56,276 nucleotides of DNA, filler included, from Sphacelaria rigidula (GCA_964200075.2; 7 parts of 7 records of this genome joined end to end with filler, not necessarily neighbours in it); one strand, 5' to 3'; numbered from the whole stretch's first letter, positions 11,657-24,748 are shown. The notes: generated from the sequence alone by a model not told the origin. Program-made: numbers and translations.

Positions 11657-14600
11657 GGCACACTAGAGGGCGATTTCCTATTGAGACGCCACGTCATTTC
11701 CTTCCGTTCGTATGGCAGAGGAAACTGGACTGATGATTGCGAAATTCCACACTCGCGGATCAGTGACGCCTTCCTCTCGTCGCACCTCTCCTTCATTAGC
11801 GCAGGGCAACAGTTGAGTTCGGTCTGGCGATGCAAAAGGCCGGATAGGGTTATGCAAAAAAAATCGAGAGCTCCACTGTTGGTCGACGAGGCTCCGTGGA
11901 GCCCACCGAGTGATCACAGCTTCTCGACTAGTTCGATATCAAATACCGGGTTTGCAACGTTGTGATTGCAACTATCTCATGAGCGGGCGCCGCGGCCTTC
12001 TGCTCACCATTGTCCCCCGCCATAGCCGAAGCTCCTCCCGACGACGGCATGTTGGTCAGAGCGGTGAGAACTGCAAATGAAAACTTCGAAAAACACTCGG
12101 GACGCACGAGCCACGGCAGCAATTCGACATGTTGTAAACTCGCTGATAGTCGCGACGCCCGTATCCCGTAAATCACACAACTCGGGCTTACTCCACACCC
12201 CACCACTGTCGCTTAGTCGTGCTTGCACTTGCCCTGGTATCTCGGCTGCTTCCTACACACTGAGGCTCTGAACTGACTCACGCACTCGACCACATCACAT
12301 CTGTTCCGAAATGACTTCAAGATACTTCAACCGCAATCCAGATCTGGAAAATTCCTATCCGCTTCAGCAAAAAAGCTCGATTATTTTCAAACACGGAGTC
12401 GAACATATTGCAAGTGTCTCACGACTGCGCTAAGACCTGGTTATGATTACGGCGGATTTCGGAAACACAAATTCCGGTAGCCCGAGCGTCGTCGACTGTT
12501 ATAGAAATTTGTGAAGAAAACATATATCTAAAGGGAAACGGTAGTGACATTGTTGTTCTGATCTCCCAGCGGACTGATTCATCCGTTGTTTTTGAAGCTT
12601 TGGACGGCAACCGCCTTCTCCCCCTCCGCACTGTGCTTTTTTCTCTACACTCTCACCCTCTCGCCTCCCTCGGGACGAGTCCTTAGTCTAAAGGGATCAG
12701 CCCATCTCTCCGCCAGGTATACACCTTGAATTTTGGTCTCGCGGATTGGGTCTGCGCCCCCGCCCAGCGTTAACTCTCGTGAAACAAACTCTTGTCGAGC
12801 AAACTCCGTCAACTCGTCAAACATAGCCTCGGCTACCTTACCCAAGATGCAGAGAGCGTAACCCGCTCGAGCGCGGCCGCCTTTGTGCAGTCTACGCTAT
12901 TGAATTCCTGGTGGATCTTGAGCTCCCTCTCTATCTTGTATATTGTGTGATTGAATTGCTTCATCTGCATGCCCCGCTCCCGATGAACGTCCGAATCGCA
13001 TCGGTAGGTGTACGTGGTTAACGGCGTCAAGTACAACCCCCTTGGAGCAATCATTCCCCCCTAGCACGTGAACGCTTCCAAGGGCTGTGGGGAGAGGAGG
13101 GCGATTAGTGATTAATGGAGCGCTCGTCAGATGTTCGTGGTGTGGGTGAAGCTCGCGATGGGGCACTCAAGCTTTTCTTCCCATTCACTTCAAAAGTACG
13201 TAGTCACCGAAAAGATGGATGACGAAATCTCTTGGGGTTTATGTTTTGGACGGCTTCGCGTGTACGCTATCGACCACCTGCCCTTGAGAAGATGGGGTAA
13301 GGAGAAGATACAGGCTTCGGGCGAAGGACGGGTAAACCGATGTTGGTGTCGTCATGAAGCATCGATACAAGCAGTCCACACTGGCGAGAAGAGCATGTTC
13401 CGTTCTGCTCAAGAACAAGTTGCCGTAGAAAACAGGGTATATTGTCAGCGGGTGGCGAGGCTTTCAATATGGATTTTCTCGATGTACACGGTAGAAAGAT
13501 TTAGTGGAGATCCTATGTTGGGCAGGGTCGAGCCATCAGGAATGCAGCGTCAAGCCTTTCGAGGAAACCCGTGCCCCTGTTGCCGGAGGAGGGGTCGCGG
13601 CATGGCTCCGTGTTTTTCCGCACGATGTAGTCTTGAATCGCAGTTCGTTGTACAGGAGTACAGGAGCAGGGGTTGTGCAAATGTGGACCACGACAGCGAG
13701 GACCAACGCAGGTTCGGCCTGTTTCGAACGAACGATTATGTGGAGCGTACAAGCAGATGTATGTCGTTGTTTGGTGTCGTCGCCTGAATTGTTGCTTGGC
13801 GTATGTGTTGTCTGCGGCATGCTGTTACCAGCCACCAGGTAGTGTACAGTGTGTATACATCGTGCTCGGTGGTGGCGTATACCTCTCTATCTAGATTAAG
13901 GTCTCCGTTACGCATGTACGCATTGACGTCCAAGTCAAAACGAACGTGAGTACGTGGCATAGTAACGACGGTATATAGTGCAGAGTAAAATTACTCCAAG
14001 CAGTACATTATTGACGTGTTGCTGCCGCGTTGGTCTATACATAGTGCACGCGCAATCTCGTTCGAAAGACTGAGATCAGCGGTGTATTTCTCGTACACCG
14101 TAACATTTCTCGGTGTCTTGTGTACATGTGTAAAAAATGGTGTTTAAAAACTACAATCGAAATTATCTGTACAGTGTGCACAGCGTAACATGCCCATATG
14201 CGGGATTAGACTCGTGAAAGGTGGCATGCTGTGCGCGGTAAGGCGGTGAGAGACAAGCTAGCCCTGTAATATTGTTAACGGCCAGAGCCTCACTGTATGA
14301 TGGGAAGGAGAATATTGTTGCACTGTCGAGAACTTCGATATACGATATGACGAACGTGGCATGAAGAGTGCACTCTCCTTGTCTCACACTTAGCCATTTC
14401 TAGCTCATGAAGCGTACATCGTGCTGGACGGAGTACAAGGATGCCGTCCTTTTTTTGTGCTGTTGTAGAAGGCCAAGCGAGGAAAGAAGTAGGACTTCTA
14501 GATTCGGGGATCTCTCGGAGAACACGAGTAACAGGCACGTGAAGGATGCTTGGCAAGAGCGATAGAAGCGTTCAGAGCTCTGTCCTCGTTTGAATGTTGT

Positions 14601-15689
14601 CTTGTGCAATATTCAGTGTTCCAGTAGGCTAGATAAGCCCTCGAAAGAGAATCGTACTCCGCACTTGCTAGCTTGCTTCCTTCGCCACCATGCATATTTG
14701 TACGTAGGGATGGGAGGTTTGGAAACGGGGAACTAGATTAAATATATTAATGTGGATGACGCACATACCGTGTTTAAATCGAAACATACAGACGTTGTCC
14801 TGAGCGTCCTACGGGGAGGTAGTGCCTGCCGGGGAATCGAGTGTTGTTCCTTATATCAGTGTATAAACCGAGCATTTCATGCTGCTCCTTGTCGGTTCAC
14901 GTCTTGAATTTATGCTCCTGAAGTCGGAGCAAGGTTTCACACTGGGAGACCTTGGTACGAGTTGACCACGAGTCAGAAACGTCGGACTGGTGTTGTGGGT
15001 TAAGAAACACTAGTAAGGTGACTGAGTATTTTTGGAGTTTTTCGCTCGGAGACCATGCACCCTCTAGATAGGGGGAGTGTCGAGAAAAGTCTGAAATATC
15101 ATATCACCAAAGCAATTGTTTCATGTGCGTTGGAGCACTCCTCCTGCAGCTAATGAGCGACTTCAGGAGACCAATATATGTTGTGTTTTTACACTCCCAT
15201 GGCCAAAAAACTGGGGGGAGGGGGAAGGGAGGTTATCTGTGGTGCCACAACTGAGATATATGTGGCACCCCCGTCGTACAGTATCTACGATTAAAACGAA
15301 AAATTAAGGATCTGGTATATAATTACCACAGCGTCTCGACAAGATGACGTGTTGAGGGCATCGCGTCTATTGCAGTGTACCAATGATTAGTCCGTGCGTC
15401 TGCCAGACGTCAGTGTGCAAGACCAGATATTCTGGGAAGCTACCTTTTTGGACCTCCTGCGTCGCTTTCCGCCCTAGAAGAAAAGAGAAGGGCGGATTTC
15501 GACACCTTGGAATGCCCTGCTGTACTCGTCAAGACGTTTCCACTACATCTGTGTTTTCCCGGTGGACGCATTCCTTTCTTGGCCAAACGTGAGTTTTCCT
15601 CGGAGACCATTCATCTCTAGGAAATTCTTGTGCACTTGACCGATCTCGGAGAAAAAATCACATGTATCATGATCAATATGTGATTCAAT

Positions 15690-15728
15690 TTAACCCTTAG
15701 ACCGCGAGATTAGTCTTTCTGGATCATG
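15690..15728. mobile_element. piggyBac-type MITE end, interrupted
   Basis: TTAA-CCCTTAGACCGCGAG...CTGGATCATG matches the family, then similarity stops abruptly. Confidence 0.7.
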
Positions 15729-16008
15729 TGTGGAGGTCGTGAGACTCCCGGTGACGGTAGAAACCGTCGAAGGTGGCCGATGATTTTCCTCGGGTTATGT
15801 AGTCAAGGATTCACCGTAAGTCGTGGGGTTGAGGCAAAGTGGATCACTCGGGAAAGCTCGACGAGCGCGAGGGAGTTAGCCCGATGACGAAGTCTGCGAG
15901 TCTTGGTCAAGAGTGATCCCCAGGGATAGCCAGCAGTTCGCTGGGAAGATCCCTGTTACCTTGGGGTCCCAGATCCGGCTGTATAGATATGGAAGTTTCG
16001 GGGCTCCT
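15729..16008. mobile_element. Probable LTR (partial) inserted into the MITE
   Basis: New sequence begins TGTGGAGG exactly where MITE similarity ends and runs to the contig end; no second LTR, PBS or TSD is visible. Confidence 0.4.
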
Positions 16009-16108
16009 NNNNNNNNNNNNNNNNNNNNNNNNNNNNNNNNNNNNNNNNNNNNTTAATTAATTAANNNNNNNNNNNNNNNNNNNNNNNNNNNNNNNNNNNN
16101 NNNNNNNN
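16009..16108. other. Artificial contig spacer
   Basis: N44-TTAATTAATTAA-N44. Confidence 0.99.
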
Positions 16109-16175
16109 ACGATTCGAATCATTCATACTAAGACCAAGTAATTTCCAGACGAATCATTGATTTGTCCGACCCTTG
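16109..16175 (-). mobile_element. hAT-type MITE family H terminus, truncated by contig start
   Basis: TTTCCAGACGAATCATTGATTTGTCCGACCCTTG matches the end of 28423-28697 and the reverse complement of 33053 and 43197. Confidence 0.8.
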
Positions 16176-16488
16176 TATTGAATTATTCCACTGCCATCAA
16201 TAGAGTGGAGAGAACCCGGGGTCCGTTCTCGACGCGTCGGGTTTTTTTCTGGAGTGTCTGATTTCCACCGTGGAAAGCGGGGGTGCGTGAGTAAACAAAA
16301 AAAAAGCGACTGAGTTTGTTTGACGAGAGCTGACGCGGTGCGGGAGTGCTGATCCAATCCGCGAGACCAACATGCATGGCATGTACCGGGGGGGGGGATG
16401 GGCTGATTCTCTGAGACCTAAAAACTCGAGCCAACAAAGCGGAGGGATGTAAAGTACGTCAAGAAGAGCCAAACAAAAAACACCATAC

Positions 16489-16630
16489 CGTCAAAAAAAA
16501 ACTTGTTGTTGCCTCTCCAGCGCTGCCATCGCCGCTTACGAGGTCCCCCCGTCGGCTCAGACTGCCGACTACTCTCTTCTGATGGCCTGTCCCCCGAACC
16601 ACTCGCCATATACCCCACTGAATCTCGCGG
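16489..16630 (-). CDS. Exon of an ERF2/ZDHHC9-14-18-like DHHC protein S-acyltransferase (pre-TM1 motif)
   Basis: GTTCAG| acceptor and GACG|GTATGG donor; ends RKRRWQRWRGNNKFFFDG, resembling the W-x-G-x-N-x-F-x-x-(D/G)-G-R motif of this subfamily. The DHHC domain itself is beyond the contig. Confidence 0.72.
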
Positions 16631-17308
16631 CTGAACAATCATATCGTCCGGTGAAAAACAAACAAGAGAGCAAAGAGTAAAGAGCAAATAATGGGTTTTT
16701 CTGGTGCTGATTTAAAAAAAAAAAAAACGGAAACTGCATAATTTTTTGTTTTTGTAAAAACACAGATGCGGAAGAACGCGCGCTCGCACACGCAGCGACC
16801 AAGTTGACTCTTTTGAGCGACTGCCTCCATAATTTCTGTTCCGAAATTTTGTCTGCTGACCGACTCTTGACTCTTGGTGTGGAGAATTTTTTCTTAGGCG
16901 TGAATGGACCTTGGATAGAGACGGGCGGCTCTCGCAGGATTGACGCAAAACTCAAACCCGTAGCCGTTACGCGTGCAGCACAGCTTTTTGCCATCTACGG
17001 TTGGGGGAGAATGCGCGTGTCGCTCTACGCTGTGTCGTTTTTTGTGCTCAGGAGACAGACAGGCAGGAATCCTTGCCGCGTATTCCGCTATTTCTAGAAT
17101 TCTAATCACGCGTTCGACGGCCGGTGCGGTTGCGCTCCACTCTCGACCCCCCATGCCCCCCCACCCCTCAGAGTCGATGGTTTTAGCGTCTAGCTAGGGG
17201 TGGGTTCAGGGGGGGTAACAGATATCAACTTTAAAAAGCGTATCGAAAACAAGAAGGGAAAGTGTCGAAAATCTTGTTTGACTGCGCAACAAAACGTTAA
17301 AAAATAGT

Positions 17309-17515
17309 ACAGCACAGCACAGCACAGCACAGCACAGCACTGTACAGACATAGTACAGTTCAGTGCAAGATAAATTCTGACCGATAACCGATACAAGAGG
17401 AGCGATCAAGCACCAGCACCGTCCGAGCGAACACCGAATATCATCGCACAAAACAGAAGAAATCGAAACGAAACTATAGGGAACAACACAAAACGAACAG
17501 GAACAACACAAAACA

Positions 17516-17552
<37 letters not shown>
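17309..17552. repeat. Intronic microsatellites (CAGCA)n at 17309-17340 and (AC)n at 17521-17552
   Basis: Perfect short tandem arrays. Confidence 0.95.
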
Positions 17553-17554
<2 letters not shown>

Positions 17555-18045
17555 GTGGTAAAGCGCACTGCAGACAAATAAAAACCAAAACAAAACAGAG
17601 TCTCGAGAAGTCAAACGGTACAGAATTCACAGAGGTAAACATCTGGGTAGAGCGCGAATCATATCTACCCCGTAACAGTGATCCCTGCGTACGTCCCGCC
17701 CCACCCCTTTCCCCGCGCCCTCCCCCTAACCGTCCGACTTTTCACCTTCTTCGACCTAGGTCGGTGTGAGGTGTTTCGCCCTACAGACCGAGGTGCAGAT
17801 GGCTGCCTGCTTCTCGTCCTCTGAAAAACCGGAGAGTCGTGGCGATACCGCAGCAAAACACAAGTACGGTAAGAGCGGGAGAGGCGGGGAGTACAGGGGG
17901 AGGGGAGGAAGGGCAGGGGCGCGCGCGGGGGGGGGGGGGGGGGGGGGGGGAAAAATTATATTGGGGGTCANNNNNNNNNNGAGGGGGGGGTGGGGCGCGC
18001 GCGCTGGGGGCCTTGCCAGCGGGGTCCCGGGGAGGCTCGGGCGGT

Positions 18046-18144
18046 GTACACATTATATTGCAGGTCATAGTCACGAGATCAACGACCTCGCATCCCTACA
18101 AAGCCGGGACGGAAAACGCCGGGTTTTCGCCGGACCAGGCTCGC
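18046..18144 (-). repeat. Dispersed repeat family F
   Basis: GACCTCGCATCCCTACAAAGCCGGGACGGAAAACGCCGGGTTTTCGCCGGACCAGGCTCG closely matches 54696-54793. Confidence 0.85.
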
Positions 18145-20006
18145 ACTCAGTCAACAAGCGCGAAGCGCCGTGATGTGTTCGGCGAAGCGCGTGAAGGGTG
18201 AGCTGCGTACTGCCAAGATTGTTCGGCCCGAAGCGTACTGGTTATCTTGCATTCCGATGACAGCCTCCCATAAGTCCCTCAATATTCTGGTATCGCCACT
18301 TCCAGAGTCAGCCGCGGCTTATACACTGCCTCATGGGTGTCTCACCATGGGGAAGGGGAGGGGGGAATTACAACACCAATTTTACCTCCTTTTCTTTACG
18401 TCACACTTTCGACGCTTCCCCTTTCCCAGGACGCGTCCGTGGTCTGGAGGGATAAGCTCGTCCCTCCCCCGATGGAAGCAATCAGCACTCCCTCAACGCG
18501 TCGACTCTCGGCAAAGACACTTTGTTGGGCAACCAACAAAATGGGAAATACCCCGGGGATCTAGGGACAAAATGGGGGTAATGCACTATCCGGAGCGCTG
18601 ACTAGGCATCCTCAAAAACATTGTCCAGCGCCTCAACCCCAAATCCAAGGGGTGCTTGGGCAGCACGCCCAACATAATTTTTTCATGCGTGGTAACAGGG
18701 TTAACGACGGTGTGAAGAAGGTGCGCTTGTTGGAGCCCCCCCCCATTTTGTCGACAACCCCTCAGGGTACACATCCCTGTCAGCAAAAAAACAACGTAGT
18801 ACCGCAATTTTGTTCACGCATATACCCCCCTTTAATGTTCACATCATACCTCTTTTTGTTCAGCCGAGTTTACAAGTCCTTCGAATGATCTTTGAATCCT
18901 CAGACCGCAGGAGATGTTCATTTGTTGAATCGGCACCATGCTTAATCTTTCATCAGGTGAAAATGATGCCGATCACACAGTTGAACATCTCCGAGGTCCT
19001 TTATACTAAAGCAGTAGCCACTCAAACGCTTGACTTCATGTTATGAAAAGGTTTTCTGTTTTCCGGGTAACACAACATAACTCACAGTGAGCATTTGATT
19101 ATGATATCTTGAGGTCCAGAGCTACCAGTACGCGCAATCAATTTCGAGAATGAGGAAATCCAAGGGCAGGTCGGGTAGAGTATACTCAATTGCGGGGTGT
19201 TTTAAAAGTCGTACTCAAAGTGCACAAATTGGGGGTAGAGTTTCAGGGATCACTTTTCCAGTTAGTTTTTGGGTACGACTCCCAACACTCTACCCTCCCT
19301 ACGAGAACAACCTTGTACCTCGTTTCGTACCAACAACACACCATTGGAGAGTATATCCGGTGAAGATCTCTTTCTTCATCGAATGTATACGTAACGATTT
19401 CAGATCTTTCGAGTGCAACTGAAATAAAGTTTGTCAAAATGTCCCGATTGAGCCGATTATCCGGTAGAATGGTGACTACCGTATATATTTTTTTGCACAC
19501 GCCAGACGCCACCACACTATATGCATACCAGCCACCATGACAATGGTGATACGTGGGTGTCTGTGCAGACATTCATCAGGTACCTCAAGAGGACAACAAT
19601 TGTCGTATAATATATAACAGTATACATACTACTGGACATTATACACAACCCTACGTCATGGTTCAGCGTCAACAAGCACATGACCCAGTATACATACATG
19701 CACATTTCCATCAGGTACCTCGAGAGCACCGGGCAAACAGCATTTGAAGAGCAGTATCAGATACTGGAGGATATCTTGAATAAAGTGCACACACAAACAC
19801 ACATGACATGTAACACGAGCACGTGCCCATCACGTATCGTGAGAGAGGAGCACTGCCAGCACTTGTAGCGAAGTTATCGTATAATGGAGCATGACTTATT
19901 CAACATGCGCACACGTGACGGGTATATATACATACGAGCACGTGTCCATCTATCATGAGAACGCACAGCACTTGTAGAGCTGGACACATAATGGAGGATG
20001 ACTTAC

Positions 20007-20173
20007 CGCTGGAGTGGCGAGGATGCCAGAGCCGGAGTTAACCCTCAACACGGAGGCGTCTTGTGGAGACTCGGTCGTTATCGATCCCTCCCTGCTAGAG
20101 CCGCCCCCGTCCGAGTGCCGCCGGCTGTACTTCCTGGTATGCCTCCGCCCGCTGCTACTTCGTTCAACTCCCT
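20007..20173 (-). CDS. Middle exon of the DHHC-like gene (absent from the ORF track)
   Basis: CCGCAG| acceptor and GCG|GTAAGT donor; 167 nt open, (E)GVERSSSGRRHTRKYSRRHSDG...ILATPA; phase 1 in and phase 0 out fit both neighbouring exons. Confidence 0.8.
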
Positions 20174-21457
20174 CTGCGGTAGTCCAGTTTACCGACAGAG
20201 CGTACAGCCAGCAGCCAAATATATTCTTCGTTTCTCTTCATTCATTCATTACTGTGGATTTGTGTCATTGCATTGAATCTTCACTTTTTTCTTCTATTTT
20301 TCTTGTGTCCATTGTCTGCTTCTTGTCACCCCTTTTTTTCATTTATTTTTATTTCGGTCCTTATAACATCGAATCTTCGCTTTTTGTTCTTGTTCCCGTG
20401 TTTGTTGTCTGTTGTGTTGTGATGGCTTCCCTCTCTCTGTTTTTCTCTCTGCGTGCTTGTCGCCATTATCCGGGAAGTTTCGCCACAACGATGGAAAATA
20501 GCAGATGCTGCTGATTAAACACGAATTTAACGGTACCCGTAGTATTCCATTGAGTCTCGCATATGTTTCCTGCTTCTCATGGCTGCGGTATCGTGAGGGC
20601 CGTTTTAATCCAGAAACACAGCATCTGTTCAACCATCGCAAAATTCCCCCATGCGTTAACCAAGCGCACAAGAAATAACAAGAAACGATCACAGCATCCG
20701 ACGTCGCGGTTGTCCATCGATTTCGGTGGGCATTGATGACACAATTTTACTTTTGATGCGTGAAAAAAGCTCCCTCATGGCCCTCGTGGCGAGGAGAGAT
20801 GCACAACGTTTTGATATACGTGCTCGTCCCCTCGCGATGGAAGAAAGGACCCAACATCTCGGCAGATTTCTATATCCATCATGTTCCATTCCTCTTCGAT
20901 TGATTGATTTGATCTGGTATTATTGATTGATAAATTATCATCTCAAGGTAACTGATCCCCGGAGGACCCAGATTAGATTGCATTTTTGTCGATTCACCAA
21001 CGGGTCAGATTTTGGTCCCCGCGACACGTACTGCACCCACAATTATTACCACGCAATTTAGGCTAAAGGGTTTTTGTTCTCTGTATGATAAAAAATGTAA
21101 GTAATCTATCAAGCAACTCACAAGGCTGCCGAATCCCTGTGGGGTGAAAGTCACATCTCCCCCCCCCCCCCTCCACCCGGGTCCCCGCCCGCTCTTGTTG
21201 CCCCGCTGATAAAGATTTGCCGCCACCAAAGGTCTGAAAATGTTCCGATACCTGAGCACTCTGCAAAGATCGTTGTAAATTGTCGGTGGTATGGCTAATG
21301 TTTGCAGCTGTGTCTTATACTCCATCAAGCAATGTGATGTGAAATATATATTCCCTGTGTTGAAGCTCATAGATCCCGCGGGCACGTCGTGTCCAATATC
21401 TGCAGATCGGGACGGGGGACATCTTCCACACACACCCGGCCCTCCCCTTCCCTCCTT

Positions 21458-21550
21458 CCTGGTCTGGCGAAAACCCAGCGTGCTCCGTCCCGGTCTTGTA
21501 GGGATGCGAGGTCAATCATCTTACGACTAAGGCATGCAAGATGATTACAC
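21458..21550 (+). repeat. Dispersed repeat family F
   Basis: CCTGGTCTGGCGAAAACCCAGCGTGCTCCGTCCCGGTCTTGTAGGGATGCGAGGTCAAT. Confidence 0.85.
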
Positions 21551-22372
21551 CTCCTTCCCTCCTCCCTCCAAACACACTCCCTTCCTGAACAGATTTCGAT
21601 ATCGTCTGTCATTTCGAATTCGACACCTCTTTGATCCAACTGCGTGATTCTTCGAACAATGTGGTCCGCAGCTTCATGTTTCGGCAAATTTCATCTGTGC
21701 TGGCTGATCTCATGCATCCTATCAAGTATGTCGACAGGGTATATATATATATACCACCCCCTCCCCTTACTGGTGAGAGAAACGGGAGTGGTGAAATAAA
21801 CAGGGTTTTAAACGACAGTCCATCTCGTGGGGGAGGCCCAACCCCCTCCTCTCCGGTTGCTCACGACTGTCCTCCCGTAACGATGATCAAGCAAGGGGAG
21901 ACACGGCTCCACCTCGCCCGCACTGGATAATCACATAGTTCCTACCGCGCGCATTATAGGCAGTTGACTGCGTACCTTACCGTAGCATGCACTCTCTTCC
22001 GGGTGGGGATATGCAAATGCCGTCAGCAACCAATGCATTTATGTATGTGCCGTGGTTTTTTGCAGAAGAAACTCGAGGAAGATAACGAAGCTCTCCGCGT
22101 CAGACGTACTCCGTTTGCCGTCTTCACTTCAGCACAGGATCATGAAAACGTATGTCTACAAGGGTAAATTCGAAGCCGAAGAAATCACTCGGAAACAGTC
22201 TCAACTCCCCTAAGCCAGCCCACTAAGTGCAAAGACACAAACCCACATCGAGAGGAAAATCTCTCATCTGCCCCCTGCTCGTTCGCTTACTACCTGTACT
22301 TGTGTAGAGAAGCTCACCAAGTATACTTCGGCTGTGTGTATGTACATAAGTGAAAACAAAAATCGCACGTAC

Positions 22373-23317
22373 CTCTTCCACCCAAGAGCGATATCTCCTT
22401 CTCCTCTTCCATATCGGTCATTCTCATAGCACCGCCGGCGCCGTTTTCCCTCCTCCCCCCCCCCCCGGCCCCTGGCGCCGCCTTCCCCCCCCACCGTACC
22501 CCCCCCGTTGCGCCACTCCTATCAGAGCCCCTCCCGTACGACTGCTGCGAGCTGGTCGACGACATCGCCGACATCTCTACCCTACTCAGTATTCGCGCCT
22601 GACCCTCCTGTCGCCGCGCCCGCCAGACCCTATCAGCGAAATCCATATCCGGTAGCGGGCCGAACCCCGAATCCTCGTCGTTCAAGCCCAACCCGCTGGA
22701 GTCATCGTTGCTCGCGTGCTGCTGGTGTTGTCCACCGGAAGCAGCGGCGGCCGCCGCTGCGCGCGAGGCACGATGGGCAGCCTCCGCAGCCGCCCGCGCC
22801 GAGCTCGCGGCGCGCACCGCAGCGTCCGCCTTTGCTCGCGCTGCGGCTTCGTCGGCGGCCGAGTGTCTGCCCGGGCTGGTACCGTTGCCAGCGGCGGTTC
22901 CTGCAGCGTCGTGTCGACCGGTGGAGGTCGCTGCAAAGTCGGTGCTGCCGTCGAGCGTCGACACGCTGGAGTGATACGCGTGGGTCCCCGACGATCCGGC
23001 GGTGTAGGAAGATCCGGAGCCGGGATCCGAGTAGTGTTCGGTGGCTTGTGGCGGCGGCGGCGGCGGTGCCGGCGATGGTGCTGGTACGCCCGAGGCCGGT
23101 GATGGTGCTGGTGGTCCCGCGGCTACGGGGCTCACGGGTTCACCGTGAGGAGCGCCGCGAGGTGCCGAGGCCGCAGGTATTGGGAAGATCACGCCAACGC
23201 GGGAGGGGTCCGTTTCCGCGGAGACTTGATCGTGCAGTCTGTCGGCGTCGCTCCGCGTCAGCGAAACGAATTCTGATTCATCGAGCCTTGACCTTCCATC
23301 AATTTTACCCGAGGTTC
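22373..23317 (-). CDS. Large Ala/Pro/Ser/Gly-rich exon of the DHHC-like gene
   Basis: 945-nt GC-rich open frame (extends ORF 22314..23192 upstream); CTCAG| acceptor and AGAG|GTACGT donor, phase 1. Start codon not located. Confidence 0.8.
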
Positions 23318-24007
23318 CTGAGTGGGTAGATGGATGGACGGGTGGGTGCGTGGGTGGGTTTGATCAAGTTGTTTTGGGGTGGTGATGGGATGGTGGTATT
23401 TTGTATTCTGCGGGTCACGCGTGCGACGAATGAGCGAGATGGAGATGGAGGCCACGCTGTTACGTAACCACAAGCTAAGAAATACACTCCTGCGAGGGGA
23501 TTCATGGCGGGCCGTGACTTTTTGTGCACAACATTCACCCTGTGCCGTATGCTCGTTATGATACAAAGGAAATGTCCCTTCACGCTACATACCCTGCTAA
23601 ATACTCGCGTATCTTAACGCTAACCCTACCCTCGAGAGGCAAATTGTTCCCTACTTCAATTATTCATGTACCATTGTTTTCTCCGGGTTTTGCAAAGAGC
23701 CATAACGTTCGTCGGGATGGGGCAGGGGCAGGGGGGTAGGCGCATGCGAATGTGTGGTTACCCCAGTGCGGCGCAAATAAGCGACGGATGACACATACTA
23801 ATTTTTTGTCAAAGTATGACAATTAGTTACACTATGAATATGAGCATAACTCCAACCCGAGGCAGACCGAGAACCCTCTCGAGCAAGAGAGGTGCATAGA
23901 GTGGATGCACTGGGCAAAGCGTGGTTTGGTTAAGCTCTCGCGGAGTGCACATGCTCGGCGGGGGCCTCCGGACTGTCAACCCTGCAAAGATTCAGATCCT
24001 AGTATGA

Positions 24008-24062
24008 TTTTATTATTTATTATTATTATTATTTCCGCACATTAGTCCGATCTCGCGAACCC
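24008..24062 (-). repeat. (TAA)n tract, possible 3' tail of a non-LTR retroelement cut by the contig end
   Basis: Reverse strand: GGGTTCGCGAGATCGGACTAATGTGCGGAA-(TAA)n; element identity is inference only. Confidence 0.35.
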
Positions 24063-24162
24063 NNNNNNNNNNNNNNNNNNNNNNNNNNNNNNNNNNNNNN
24101 NNNNNNTTAATTAATTAANNNNNNNNNNNNNNNNNNNNNNNNNNNNNNNNNNNNNNNNNNNN
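24063..24162. other. Artificial contig spacer
   Basis: N44-TTAATTAATTAA-N44. Confidence 0.99.
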
Positions 24163-24271
24163 CTCCGGAGGGATGCGCGGCCCTCCGGGTCGGTAGTGTT
24201 TGGTTTCCTCCAATGGGATGAAAGGCCTCTGGAGGCTTGTTTTGCCTGGAGGGCCGCGCATCCCTCCGGAG
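24163..24271. repeat. Perfect 24-bp GC-rich inverted repeat
   Basis: CTCCGGAGGGATGCGCGGCCCTCC (24163-24186) and its reverse complement at 24248-24271. Confidence 0.9.
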
Positions 24272-24303
24272 GCATTTTGGAGGGTAGCCAAATGGCCGCG
24301 TGT

Positions 24304-24637
24304 GTGACTTTCATATGGACGACCTCATGACCCCCGACCTCCCTGAAACTATTTCTGGGGGTTTCCGCCTTGCATTCCCCCAAAGGGTATGTGCGAAAGC
24401 ACAATTTTGCCTCGATTTCAAAGTGAAAAGGGGGCGTGTTTTAGTGTCGAGGTCGTGCTTTCGCACACACCGCTTGAGCTAACGGAAGACGGAAAACCCC
24501 AAAAATAATTTTTAGGGAGGTCGGGGGGCATGAGGTTGTCCATATGAAAGTCGATTGTCATGACTTCAGGTCAGGAAAAACACTGTTTTGGAGTTTAACC
24601 CTCATTGCCATGTTAAAACCATTCCTCAGGAACCTCT
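24304..24637. mobile_element. Foldback/MITE family B
   Basis: Internal inverted arms GACTTTCATATGGACGACCTCATG-CCCCCGACCTCCCT / AGGGAGGTCGGGGGGCATGAGGTTGTCCATATGAAAGTC. Confidence 0.75.
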
Positions 24638-24638
24638 C

Positions 24639-24748
24639 TTAACCCTTAGACCGCGATGCTGGTAGCCAATCTGGATCACGAACACTTTCTTCAAGTAAGT
24701 ATTGATGCCGATTCTGCAGGTGACCTACCCTCGCTGTCAAGGGGTTAA
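24639..24748. mobile_element. piggyBac-type MITE, full copy with TTAA at both ends
   Basis: TTAA-CCCTTAGACCGCGA ... TCGCTGTCAAGGGG-TTAA; CCC..GGG termini plus TTAA are the piggyBac signature. Confidence 0.85.

Noticed and set aside
17862..18060. Gly/Arg-rich ORFs and G-quadruplex-like tract
   Set aside because: AAAAATTATATTGGGGGTCA before the gap is a G-corrupted echo of TACACATTATATTGCAGGTCA after it, so the tract is a sequencing or assembly artefact.
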